Source: Ignavibacteria bacterium
Lineage (GTDB): Bacteria > Bacteroidota > Ignavibacteria > Kapaibacteriales > UBA4661
Reading direction: 5' to 3'
Assembly (NCBI GenBank): GCA_947459425.1
Contig: CANHDJ010000006.1
Coordinates: forward strand, 19,008 to 83,007
DNA length: 64,000 bases
In this document: positions 18,566 to 28,900 of the stretch, piece after piece
Numbering within the stretch: position 1 is the stretch's first letter
How the letters are laid out: every line of letters begins with the position of its first letter
Notes under the pieces: generated by a model
Databases searched by the model: none
What the model saw: the letters and a program-made list of their open reading frames with translations, nothing else
What the model was told of the DNA's origin: nothing
Position numbers and translations under genes: made by a program

Positions 18566-19612
18566 ATGGTACAGCGTTTTCTTTCCATAATCAGTCTTTG
18601 TGCGGCTTTGACACTCCTTCTATTCTCCTGCCGCCAGCCGATTGACCTTGATGTTGACCGTTCGGTCGTGGCGACAAATTTGCCGGAGATTACGGATTTT
18701 TCGCCGAAAGTCGTCAGAATCAGAAATGGTGACAGAATTACGATCACAGGGAAAAACTTTGTGAATGTAAAAAAAGTGATGATTGATACCCTGACGCTAG
18801 ATTCCATTATCATCGAAAACCGAGGTCGAATAAGTGCCCGCGTTCCCAATCAAGCACCACGAGGAAGTATTACAATCTCTCGTACCTACAAAATATCAGT
18901 ATTTACGCCCATCGGTGTCACAGAATCTCAACAAAAAGTCGCCCTAGCTGACAACAGTCTTACCGGATTTATTAGCTTCAATGAACAGCCCTTGGATAGT
19001 GTTGTTATCATAGCAACATATACCGCAAAAAATTTGGTGACACAAACACTGACAGGATACGGTATCAATATGAAATCCTCTGGCTTTTACGATATCTGGA
19101 TACCAAATATCAATGCAGGATCGTTTACCGTTCCCAATGGAGCAAACTTCACTGTTCGCCCCTTTTTAAGTGGTTATACCTTTACTCCTGCCGAACAGAC
19201 CGTGACATTTCAAAATCAACAAGGAATAGGAGAGACCGAATTTAAAGCATCAAAAGTACCTCCCGATAAGATGCCAGAATTTACGTCTATTACCCCAAGC
19301 ACAGGATACTCCTTTAGTGGTAGTGCGGAAACAGGTACATTGATAGAATTGCGTGGAAAAGGCTTCACGGGGCTTCGGAAAATTATGATTGGGATTCCCT
19401 ATCAGGCTCCGGGTAGTCAAAGTATCAGGGTAGAATATACCGAGGCAACAGAGTTTACCATGAAAAGCGATGGCGAACTATCCGTAAGACTTCCCCGTTT
19501 CGACCGCACTAAAGCACTCTCTGGCAGAACCTACCCGAACTGCCAAATCTATCTTCTCCGCGATGATGCTTCAATTCTTGCACCACAGCGCATTAGCATT
19601 ACCTACATCTAA
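18566..19612 (+). CDS. Lipoprotein with IPT/TIG domains
   Basis: LLLFS-C lipobox; PEITDFSP...ITITGKNF and PEFTSITP...IELRGKGF. Confidence 0.75.
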   Translation: MVQRFLSIISLCAALTLLLFSCRQPIDLDVDRSVVATNLPEITDFSPKVVRIRNGDRITITGKNFVNVKKVMIDTLTLDSIIIENRGRISARVPNQAPRGSITISRTYKISVFTPIGVTESQQKVALADNSLTGFISFNEQPLDSVVIIATYTAKNLVTQTLTGYGINMKSSGFYDIWIPNINAGSFTVPNGANFTVRPFLSGYTFTPAEQTVTFQNQQGIGETEFKASKVPPDKMPEFTSITPSTGYSFSGSAETGTLIELRGKGFTGLRKIMIGIPYQAPGSQSIRVEYTEATEFTMKSDGELSVRLPRFDRTKALSGRTYPNCQIYLLRDDASILAPQRISITYI

Positions 19613-19637
19613 AAATCGGTACATCAACAAAAAGCAA

Positions 19638-19670
19638 CAGCCGCCTTGTTTCAATGAAGCAAGGCGGCTG
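19638..19670. terminator. Hairpin between convergent genes (probable bidirectional terminator)
   Basis: CAGCCGCCTTGTTTCA pairs with TGAAGCAAGGCGGCTG. Confidence 0.7.
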
Positions 19671-19694
19671 CGCATTTTCTATAATCGGAAGAAT

Positions 19695-20264
19695 TTACTT
19701 CGCTTCGACAAACTCCAACGAAGCAGAGTTCATGCAATAGCGCATACCTGTTGGCTTTGGACCGTCATCAAAAACGTGTCCCAAATGCGCATCGCAACGA
19801 GCGCAGAGCGATTCGGTACGCACCATACCCAAGGAACGGTCTGTTTCATTGCGGACTGCTTCTGGCGAAAGCGGCTGCCAAAAGCTGGGCCAGCCTGTGC
19901 CGGAATCAAATTTTGTATCGGAACTAAAGAGTTCCAGCCCGCAGTTCGAGCATTTGTATACGCCTTTGCGGTGATTATCCCAGTATTTGCCTGTAAAAGC
20001 GCGTTCGGTACCTTTTTCACGGGTTACATGGTACTGCTCAGGAGTCAACTGTTTACGCCATTCGGCTTCGGGTTTGACGACTTTGGTCATAGTGGTAGTA
20101 CCTTTCTTGGGTTGTGATTGCTGCTCGGCAGCATCGTTAGTTTTTCCAGTGCCTTTTTCATCCGCTTTTTTCTCGCCCGCGCTGCTATTGCACGCCAGCA
20201 ATGCCAGCAACAACGCACCCGAAAGTAAGCAAGAGCGAAAAAGGTGTTTTTGAGGTGAACGCAT
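19695..20264 (-). CDS. msrB: Peptide-methionine (R)-S-oxide reductase with lipoprotein signal
   Basis: [37 protein letters not shown] and RYCMNS motifs; N-terminal LLALLA-C. Confidence 0.96.
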   Translation of the reverse strand: MRSPQKHLFRSCLLSGALLLALLACNSSAGEKKADEKGTGKTNDAAEQQSQPKKGTTTMTKVVKPEAEWRKQLTPEQYHVTREKGTERAFTGKYWDNHRKGVYKCSNCGLELFSSDTKFDSGTGWPSFWQPLSPEAVRNETDRSLGMVRTESLCARCDAHLGHVFDDGPKPTGMRYCMNSASLEFVEAK

Positions 20265-20309
20265 AGTTGGAAAATTTATTGTGGATGAGGGAAGACGGTG
20301 TTCTGAACG

Positions 20310-20813
20310 CTATTTTTTCTCAGGAGCAGGAGCTTCTGCTTTTTTCTTTTTCTCTGTCTCTTCTTGTGAGCGTTTGTCGGTGATGATGATAAACTTATTG
20401 AATTCATTCGGAATTTTCTTCGCATCTTCGCTGAAAATAGAACGTCCGCTATTTTCTACCAATGCACAATGGATCTTGTTTGTGAACAAGCCAATACCAA
20501 CAATCGCCTTGGGGTTTCCGGGCGTAAAGGGCTTTTCGCCGCGTAAAATCAGCACATCACCGTAGAGTTCAATCGGGAGTTCATGCGCAAAGCGGTCTTG
20601 TAAGCGCTCATATTCCTTGCCCAAGAGCGTTTGCAACCGCGTCTGAATTTTGGGTTCTTGCTTCAGAAGTTCGGAGGGCATCTGCCCAATATATTGCTTC
20701 AGCGAAGAAACAGAGGTTTCTTGCGCGTAGAGGTTGGTGCCGGAATAATTTAGGAGTGACAAAACCATTACACAAACGCTGATAAAGAAACGTTGCACCA
20801 TAGTTGCGCTCAT
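20310..20813 (-). CDS. Secreted hypothetical protein
   Basis: Sec-type leader ending LYA-Q; coherent 167-aa ORF upstream of msrB. Confidence 0.65.
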   Translation of the reverse strand: MSATMVQRFFISVCVMVLSLLNYSGTNLYAQETSVSSLKQYIGQMPSELLKQEPKIQTRLQTLLGKEYERLQDRFAHELPIELYGDVLILRGEKPFTPGNPKAIVGIGLFTNKIHCALVENSGRSIFSEDAKKIPNEFNKFIIITDKRSQEETEKKKKAEAPAPEKK

Positions 20814-20915
20814 AACGGGAGAGATAGAAGAAAATTTTGTGATTTGCTGTAAGATACGAGGAGTGCGGAAAAAAGTTTAACTCCTGCGGAAACTTAGCAA
20901 AAGTTTTCCTACAAA

Positions 20916-20946
20916 CAAGGGGCAAATATTTTTTATTTGCCCCTTG
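20916..20946 (-). terminator. Terminator-like hairpin downstream of the OmpA genes
   Basis: CAAGGGGCAAATA-ttttt-TATTTGCCCCTTG. Confidence 0.7.
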
Positions 20947-20995
20947 AGGTAATTGACGATTCGGAGAGAGAACAATATTTCCAGCAAGCGCACCG

Positions 20996-23053
20996 TTACT
21001 GGTCTATCGGCGTTTCCACGCGCACTTCGACGGTGCGACTCAAAAAGCGCCCCTCCGGTATTTCATTCGGGTAAATAATCATTTTTGCGCCGACCCCCCG
21101 CGCTGTTGTTTGCTGGGACGGTACAAGATTCGATACGCTGCGGGCGCGTCCTTCGGAAAGGCGCTGATTCACGTCTGCACTGCCTAATTTATCGGTAAAA
21201 CCCGATACTTGGACGGTGGAATTTGGTTTCACATTCGGCAGTACCAAGCCTTTGATAATTCGTGCATTTTCCGGTCCAACTTCGGGACTGTCAAAATCAA
21301 ACAAAATAAGGCGATAGGTGTCAATTTCTTTATCTTTAATCCGCAAACTCCGCTTTTTCCGAATCGTCACCTGCTCAACAGGAATAGAGCCAACGGGCAT
21401 TGCTGTTCGCCCTTCGGAATCAATAACTTCGTAGCTAAATTGCATTTTGTCTTCGGTGCGTGGTATCGTTGATTGTTCGCGGGCGGTATTCCATTCCACA
21501 ATGGGGTCAAGGGCGCTCAGTGCGGTGAATTGCTTGAGTGTACGCTCGTTTTGGAATGCACGGAGTGTTGATTTTGCCACACCCGCCTCTGCCTGAACGG
21601 TCGTTTTGAAACGAATCACCGGAGCCGAAGGAACAAGCAAGGTGTCATACACCAGCGATGGCTGCATAATTTCCCACGATGCCGAAGCAATCTCAACACG
21701 GCGATTTTCCTCAATACCAAGCGAATCTTTCGAATTGGTCGGTTTTTCGGGCAGATTCCGCTCACGAAGCTCCATGCGCGTCGAATCTATACCCCACGTC
21801 CGGCGGATGTACTGGCGGACTTCCTCCGCCCGGCTACGCGAGAGCGAAAGATTCCCTGCTTCGCCGGGGCTGCTGTTGTCGTTGCACCCTGTTATTGTAA
21901 TTTTTGTTTTCGGATATTCTTGCAAACGCTTACCGATGATATTCAGTACATCGTAGTACACGCGCATAGCATCGGCATTGAAGAATTTATTTTCGCTAAA
22001 TGCCGTTGCTTCGTCGCCATTCAAGCGGTGATATCGTGCGGGCATTACACTGGAATTATAGTCAAAAAAGATGTATGGTAAAAGCGGATACATCTGCCGC
22101 GAAACAAATTCCTCCACTTTGATTTGTACAAGCGGAACTTCTGTGCCAGAAGTGTCGGTCGTAAATGCTGCAATCGTCGCATCCACAGCAACAACAGGCT
22201 TTGGTGGGGGTGGAGGCGGAGGCGGGGGCAAGGGCGGAAGTGCATAGCGCAGACTCACGCCACCACGCAACTGATTCAGATTCCATGCGGTGTTTGCCAC
22301 AATAGGAGTTAAACCCAGCGCGTAAAAAATCTCCGGCGTTATTGCCAGCGAACCGAGTTGAATATCATAGCCAACCCCCGCAGTAATGCTGGTGTGCAAG
22401 GTTTGTGCTTGAGGAATTTCCTGTGTTGGAATGACATTGCGTTCGCGCTGAATATTATTGAATACAACGCTTGAGGGTGTTGTTTCGACTGGTGTGAGGC
22501 TTAAAATGGTCTCTTTTTGGCTAAAGGTCTTTTGAAGCATCAATCCCAAGCGCAATCCCGCATAGAATCTCAATCCCTTAATGCCTTCGCCCGAAAAAGG
22601 ATGAATGACGGCAAGCGGCTCAATGCCAAGCGATGCGAGGTTTGATTGAATCTCGCGCCCCAGAATTGCATCGTAAAACGTCACCGATGCACCATCGGTG
22701 CTTAACGAAGCGATACGCTGCTTTTCTTGTGCTTGCAAAACACCGCTATTGCCCGCATAGCTCAGGCGCAAGCCCGCACTCAGGAAATCCGACAACGGAT
22801 ATTCCAGCAACCCTCCAAACGTCAGACCAACACTAGAGCCACCGCTAAACAAGACTCCATCGCCTGTGCGCCCGGCGGGAACACCCGGCAATTCGGCAAA
22901 ATTGGCGAAATGCTGGTTCAGCACACCACCCACAAAGCCTCCTACTCTCAAGGTTCTTGAGGAATCGGTCTGAGCCGAAAGTCTATGGGAAACGAAGAAT
23001 CCCCAAACAACCAAAGCAATCACGAGTTTCGTCTTCATGCTTATATTCTTCAT
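20996..23053 (-). CDS. OmpA-family protein: N-terminal beta-barrel, poly-Pro linker, two OmpA-like domains
   Basis: Signal peptide; PPLPPPPPPPPPKP; IFFDYNSS...LSRSRA...ENRRVEI and ILFDFDS...GFTDKLG...LSEGRA...RTVEV. Confidence 0.9.
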   Translation of the reverse strand: MKNISMKTKLVIALVVWGFFVSHRLSAQTDSSRTLRVGGFVGGVLNQHFANFAELPGVPAGRTGDGVLFSGGSSVGLTFGGLLEYPLSDFLSAGLRLSYAGNSGVLQAQEKQRIASLSTDGASVTFYDAILGREIQSNLASLGIEPLAVIHPFSGEGIKGLRFYAGLRLGLMLQKTFSQKETILSLTPVETTPSSVVFNNIQRERNVIPTQEIPQAQTLHTSITAGVGYDIQLGSLAITPEIFYALGLTPIVANTAWNLNQLRGGVSLRYALPPLPPPPPPPPPKPVVAVDATIAAFTTDTSGTEVPLVQIKVEEFVSRQMYPLLPYIFFDYNSSVMPARYHRLNGDEATAFSENKFFNADAMRVYYDVLNIIGKRLQEYPKTKITITGCNDNSSPGEAGNLSLSRSRAEEVRQYIRRTWGIDSTRMELRERNLPEKPTNSKDSLGIEENRRVEIASASWEIMQPSLVYDTLLVPSAPVIRFKTTVQAEAGVAKSTLRAFQNERTLKQFTALSALDPIVEWNTAREQSTIPRTEDKMQFSYEVIDSEGRTAMPVGSIPVEQVTIRKKRSLRIKDKEIDTYRLILFDFDSPEVGPENARIIKGLVLPNVKPNSTVQVSGFTDKLGSADVNQRLSEGRARSVSNLVPSQQTTARGVGAKMIIYPNEIPEGRFLSRTVEVRVETPIDQ

Positions 23054-23080
23054 ACAGCTATTTCCTTGAATTTCAATATC

Positions 23081-25327
23081 TTACTCAATAATCACTGGTG
23101 TTTCGACGCGAACTTCCACAGAACGATTATAGATGCGTCCTTCCGGTGTCTCATTCGTGTATTGTGGGCGCGTACCGCCGACACCACGCGCTTGTGTGTC
23201 CCGCCATTTGATGTAATCGGCAACCGATTTTGCGCGACCAGACGAAAGTTTCATATTCACGTCGGGATTACCCAATTTGTCGGTAAAGCCCGTAATATCA
23301 ATCTTTGAGCCGTTTTTGAGATTATCCAAAATGAACGAGTTGATAATACGCGAGTTGTTCGCACCAACCGAAGGGCTGTTGAAATCGAACAAGATAAGAC
23401 GATAAATAGCAAGCTGTTTATCCGTACCGCCTGACTCACGCTTTTTCTTGACCGTCACCAGTTCCACCGGAATCGCACCAATCGGATGTGCTTCTTCGCC
23501 CTTTTTATCGGTCACATCCAACCCAAATTTGAGCGCATCCGGCGTACTGGGCGCAGAGCCTTGGTCGGCTATGGTGTTCCAATCAATAATCGGATTCCAA
23601 TCTAGCGTAGAATCAGGCTTGCCGGGCATAGAAAAGAGTTTCAACGAGCGCTCGCCCTGCTTCACATTCAATGCTGTTTTTGCTACGCCGTCGTCGGCTT
23701 TGATATTCATACGGAAACGAATCGTCGGTGGCTCAGGAATATTGATGGTATCGTTCACCAACACGGGTTTCAAAACATCCCACACATCGGAATAAATCTC
23801 TACGCGGCGATTTTCCTCAATACCAAGCGAATCGCGTGATTTGGTCGGCTTTTCCGGCAAATTCCGCGCTTGCAACGTCACCCGCGAGGAATCCACCCCC
23901 CAAATGTCAATCAAATAGCGCCGAACCTCGTCCGCACGGCGGTAGGAAAGCTGAATATTGCTATTTTCCAGACCGACATTATTGTTGCAGCCTACGAGTT
24001 GAATTTTTGCATTCGACAACGTTCTCATTCGACTGCCGATAATATTCAGTACGTCGTAATAGACCTTGAGCATATTCACATTGTGGAAATCCTGCTCACT
24101 GAAATTTTGCGTTTCTTCTTTGGTCTTGAACATCCGATACCGATTTGGTACGTCGGGGGAGTTCTGGTCAAAGAAAATATAATTCATAAGCGGATACATC
24201 TGCCATGCAAAAAACTGTTCCACTTTCAAGCGTACAAGTGGGACTTCTACTCCGGTGCTGTCCACCATGAATGCCGATATTGAGGCATTGAGAGTACCCT
24301 TCTTGTTTTCGTCGGCGTGTTTGAAGGTCGGTTGTTTTTTGAACTCTCGTGGCGGATCCGGTGGCGGATCTTCCTTTTTCGGTGGCGGCTGCTCGCCCAC
24401 ACTGTCTTTAGGCGGCGTATTTTGAGCAATCGGCTGTTCCGGGTCTTTTTTCGGTGGAGTATCTTCCTTTGGTGGTGGCGGATTTTCCGGCACATACCGC
24501 AAAGAGAAGCCCCCACGAATCGTATTGGCGTTCCAAGGGAGTCCATTGATAAATGGAGTCAGCGAGTACGAATAAAACGCCTCCGGCGCAAGAACAAAGC
24601 GCCCAATCGGAATATCATACCCCAGACCACCCGTCAAAACGAAGTTCACCGACTGCACGTTGGGAATAGCCTGGCCGGGAATATTATTCCTATCAATGGA
24701 GAGATTATTCCAGACCGCATTATCTACGGGGTCAATGAGCTGTTCCCCTTGCGAGAAAGAACTTTGAATCATAAAGCCCACCCGTGCGCCGCCGTAAATC
24801 CGAAAGTTTGGCACTACCGCAATCGGCGACCATGCCAAAAGCGGCTCAATACCGACCGAGCCAAGATTGGGTGTGAGCGAAAAACGCGCCTTGCCGCTAA
24901 AAAATGAAACACCAGTTCCTTGAGCATTCAAAAACCCAACATTCCGCAATTCCTCCGTTGCCTGAAGCATAGCGTTATGCGTGGCATAACTCACGCGCAG
25001 CGACAAACTGAGCGCATCGGCAAGCGGAATATCCGCCAAACCGCCGATGGTGAAACCGAACCCCGTTGCGTCGCCGAATTGTACCTTATTCTTCAAATCC
25101 AGTGCAAGGGGCGATGTAGCGCCGTTAAACAAGGAAATCGGCACTCCCGGCAAGCTATTAAACGATGCCGTGTGCTGATTGATATTTAACGCACCAAAAC
25201 CGCCAAACGTCACCGCCTTCGGGGGTGCGGCGGAGTTTTGCGCTCGGAGTGGCAAAGGCTCTGCAAGCAGCAGCATACCGAGGAATACTGCCATGCTCCA
25301 ACGAGTTATCATAGTTACGTGCTTCAT
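23081..25327 (-). CDS. OmpA-family protein, tandem paralogue of the neighbour (likely start ATG 25327)
   Basis: MKHVTMITRWSMAVFLGMLLLAEPLPLRA signal peptide; same architecture with a Pro/Lys/Asp/Glu-rich linker. Confidence 0.9.
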   Translation of the reverse strand: MKHVTMITRWSMAVFLGMLLLAEPLPLRAQNSAAPPKAVTFGGFGALNINQHTASFNSLPGVPISLFNGATSPLALDLKNKVQFGDATGFGFTIGGLADIPLADALSLSLRVSYATHNAMLQATEELRNVGFLNAQGTGVSFFSGKARFSLTPNLGSVGIEPLLAWSPIAVVPNFRIYGGARVGFMIQSSFSQGEQLIDPVDNAVWNNLSIDRNNIPGQAIPNVQSVNFVLTGGLGYDIPIGRFVLAPEAFYSYSLTPFINGLPWNANTIRGGFSLRYVPENPPPPKEDTPPKKDPEQPIAQNTPPKDSVGEQPPPKKEDPPPDPPREFKKQPTFKHADENKKGTLNASISAFMVDSTGVEVPLVRLKVEQFFAWQMYPLMNYIFFDQNSPDVPNRYRMFKTKEETQNFSEQDFHNVNMLKVYYDVLNIIGSRMRTLSNAKIQLVGCNNNVGLENSNIQLSYRRADEVRRYLIDIWGVDSSRVTLQARNLPEKPTKSRDSLGIEENRRVEIYSDVWDVLKPVLVNDTINIPEPPTIRFRMNIKADDGVAKTALNVKQGERSLKLFSMPGKPDSTLDWNPIIDWNTIADQGSAPSTPDALKFGLDVTDKKGEEAHPIGAIPVELVTVKKKRESGGTDKQLAIYRLILFDFNSPSVGANNSRIINSFILDNLKNGSKIDITGFTDKLGNPDVNMKLSSGRAKSVADYIKWRDTQARGVGGTRPQYTNETPEGRIYNRSVEVRVETPVIIE

Positions 25328-25368
25328 ACTGAACCACTCTTTTTTTGCGGAAATGGGATAGACGGAAG

Positions 25369-25556
25369 AAGGTCGAAAAACTCTTCCCGTCCGGCGGCTG
25401 AAGAGAGCAGATGCGCTGCCGTCGGGCGGGTTTTGCACGGGTAATCGTTGACCATTATTATACTGAGAAAGGTCGAAAAACTCTTCCCGTCCGGCGGCTG
25501 AAGAGTGCGAATACGCTGCCGTCGGGCAGGTGATCCGTGTGTAACCTTTGACCATT
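25369..25556 (+). repeat. Two direct copies (100-bp period) of an ~88-bp hairpin-forming element
   Basis: AAGGTCGAAAAACTCTTCCCGTCCGGCGGCTGAAGAG identical at 25369 and 25469; both continue to GCTGCCGTCGGGC...TTGACCATT. Confidence 0.9.
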
Positions 25557-25853
25557 TTCGGTATAGTATAGTCTCTCAAAAAAGGGTGCATACATTGTCC
25601 ATTCATCGCTGAAGGTTCTTCAACGAAGTCGAAGGCTGTGCTGCCGTTATCGGCAGGAGCGTTCCAATGTTGTATTCGTACAATCATATCAAAAGAAAAA
25701 CAACGAATTGAAGCGTGAATGGTGAACTGTACGCGAATAAATGCGTCAATACTTGCGAAAAAACCTCAAAAACCTTACCATGTCTCTCGCAAGATACAAA
25801 AGAAATATTATCGTGCAAGCCCAATGGAACGGAATCATCATCAGTTTCTCCGA

Positions 25854-25891
25854 CAAGCCCTCTTCCACACACCGTGCGCAAAGAGGGCTTG
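25854..25891 (-). terminator. Hairpin immediately after the Ig-repeat gene
   Basis: CAAGCCCTCTT...AAGAGGGCTTG; no clear U-tail. Confidence 0.55.
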
Positions 25892-25907
25892 AGAGCCATA
25901 ATTATCC

Positions 25908-28900
25908 TTAGCGAACAACGTGTATTTTTTGCACCTGCACCGCCCCGCGCTCAGAGCGAACCGTGACGAAATACACACCCGGCGAGAGGTCGGCGGTATT
26001 GAGCGGAATATCACCTGTTTTGCCGATAAGTTGCGTTATAGGCAGTGTTTTTACCACTCGCCCGAACACATCACTTACGCTTACGTTGACGTTTTCTGCG
26101 GTGCGCTCACTAACGGCATTTTCGATAACGTAGCTGATGGTCGCATCATCACTCACCGGATTCGGACGTGAAGGCGTGAGACGCATACGTGGCGGCGGAC
26201 CGATAAGACGCGCACCTCCAGCGTAGGAGATAGTCGTCAAGCGGAAGAAACTTGAGGTGGTTGGAAGCGGCGCACCGCCTGGGGAAAGACGAGAGTTAAG
26301 GACAAGTGCCGTGACACTATCATTGCCCAATGCTGCGCGGAACGGTAAGGTAAAGAGTGCTGCCGTAGTATCGGTTGGAATAGTCAACGTCATTGGAATG
26401 CACCGCACACCACCAGAAATCGTTCCTGCGGCGAGTGGTGGCAAAGGCTCCAACAACGTAGCATTGAAGCACAGTGTGGCATCAATACGCGCACCGGGGC
26501 GAAGTGTTCCCAATGACCGAAGGCGAATGCTAAACACGACAGTATCACCTGGGGCGGCAAATGTGGAATCACCACGCACTACGGGAGGTGTCGCTGGGTT
26601 AGTAGAACCACAATTGGCAAGGCAGGTAGTACTACCAATAACCGGAGGTGTAAAACGTTGAGCTGCTGATGTCTGCACACAACCATTAATATCCGTTACC
26701 CGAACACTATACAAACCGTCGACTTGCGGCGCAAAAACCGAATCTGTTGCTTGAGCAATATTCATTCCATTCAAGAGCCACTGATACAACCGCGCACGAG
26801 GCGTAGAAGAGCCTCGGAAGCGCACACCTGCATCTATGGTGTCAATGCGCACCACAACTTGCGTTTGCGAAACCGTAATCGTGCTGGAAGTATTGATACA
26901 ACCAATCGTATTTTTTACTTGGACACTGAAAGAACCTGCTCTATTGATGCGGAATTGGCGGTTTGTTTCGCCCATAATAGGTCGCGCTGCATCACCGATG
27001 CCGGAAAGCCACTGATACTCCGCAAATCCTGCCGGAGCCGTCACGGTCGTGTCGGCATTGGGACAAATCGTAATGGCGGACGGTAGTACTGGTGCGGTCG
27101 GCAAGGTAGCTGGCGTAACATTTGACGGTGAATTTGGTCGTGAGGTACAGCCATTGCTACTTCGTGCCTCGACGGTGTACGAGCCGATAGCACGAACAGT
27201 CAGCGACGTGCGCGTCTCACCAGGAAGAGCCGTATTATTCAAGAACCACTGATAGGTCAGCGCTGCATCAGCATTAGAAACAAACAGTTCTAACGAACCA
27301 TTCGGACAGAGTTCCAAGCTGCCATTTCGTGAACTAATCTCTGGCGTTCTCGGAGCCGGAAGTTCGGTAACCGCAAATGGCGCAGATGTTCCCTCGCAAC
27401 CACCGGAAGCCGTCACTCGAACACGATACGAACCTGCTGCGCGAACCACCAGCGTCCGCATTGTTGCGCCAGCAATCGCCGTCGAAACACCACCTGTTAC
27501 TGTAAACCACTGGTACGAAGCGAAATCACCGGCATCCAGCGTCAGCGAACCGCCTTGGCAGAACGTATTGCCTCCTGTTGGCGTAACAACGATCGGCATT
27601 GGATTATCGACAACACGAACCGTTACGGTTGTTCCAACGGGACAAGGGTCGCCATTGGTGAACTGTACGGAAACCTTGTAATCGGCAGCATCGGTAACGC
27701 TCAATGTGCGCGAAGTACCAATAACGGAGGCAACACCAACACGAGTCCATTCAAAAGTTGCTCTCGCAAGAAGTGAATCGGGAATATCAACACTCAACTG
27801 TATCGGCGTTCCTCGGCAGGTCGTAAAGCTATTCGAACTTGAACGTACAACACCCGGAAGAACCTGCCCGCTTTCCAAGCGTACTGGCGGCATCGAAAGC
27901 GTACTAGCGCAGCCTTGAGCGGTAAAGACCTGAACGGAATAATTGCCCGGCATCATAGCATCAAAGCGGCGGCTGGTAGCACCGGCAATTGGAGTATTAT
28001 TAAAATACCACTGATAGCGCGGAAATCCTGCCGGACCAAACAACGGATAACTTGAACCGGGGCAGATTGTTTGCACAATTCCCGAAGCTACACCGCTAAT
28101 CGTCGGCGCAGGTGGAGCATCGCCAACTTGAACGGTAAAATCCGCCGACGTACTCGTACAGCCATTCACCATTTTCACAACAAGATGGAATGTTCCGGCA
28201 GTAACAGAAAGGGTTGAACCTGTCGCACCTGCAATAAGTCTTCTGATTCCATTTCTCGCCGATGAACCCGCGTACCATTGATAGGTCTGGAATTCTGGAC
28301 TTGGGATAATGGTCAACATAATTGGGGATTCAACTTTGCCTGTTGCCGGATTTGCACAATTCACCGTATCACCGCGCACAATAACGGGTGAAACGTCTCT
28401 TGAGGAAAGGGTCAAATCTCTGGACATATTGGTACAGCCGTTGTTATCAACTGTTTCGACCGAATAAACCGCATCGTCCAGCGCAAAGAATATCCGCGAT
28501 TTGGCGGTATCAATGGGCTGAAAGTTTTTGTGCCAAAGGTAAGAACGGAAGCCCTCTTGCGCCACAAGATAAATCCCCTCATTGCGGCAAGGAGTCAAGT
28601 CGATACCAGCGCCGGGAGCGTTGAGAATCGTTGCCTGCAAACCTGGGCTGACCGTAACGTTTATTGGATTCGAGGTGCGAACACAACCATTGCCATCGGT
28701 AACGCGAATACGAAAAACTCCGGTTTGCGTCACGATAATCACCGACGAACTGTCCGTAGAAGATACGCGCTGTGCATAGCCTCCGGTAACAGTGAGTGAG
28801 CGCCCCGTGCCATTGGTGACAGGAAACAACGTCCCATTACTGCCCTCGCGTAGCCACTGGTATTGCGTTCCCGTTCCGGCATCTTCGGTCGTCAGCACCG

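Noticed and set aside
19695..20264. Selenocysteine MsrB or stop-codon recoding
   Set aside because: The catalytic motif is RYCMNS with an ordinary Cys, and I saw no interrupted genes suggesting recoding.
25371..25420. Hammerhead ribozyme (CTGAAGA and CGAAA present)
   Set aside because: Stems I-III cannot be formed around the core in any standard permutation.
25328..25687. 120-aa N-terminal extension of the 868-aa OmpA ORF
   Set aside because: It runs through repeat and hairpin DNA. The signal peptide and similarity to the paralogue begin at ATG 25327.
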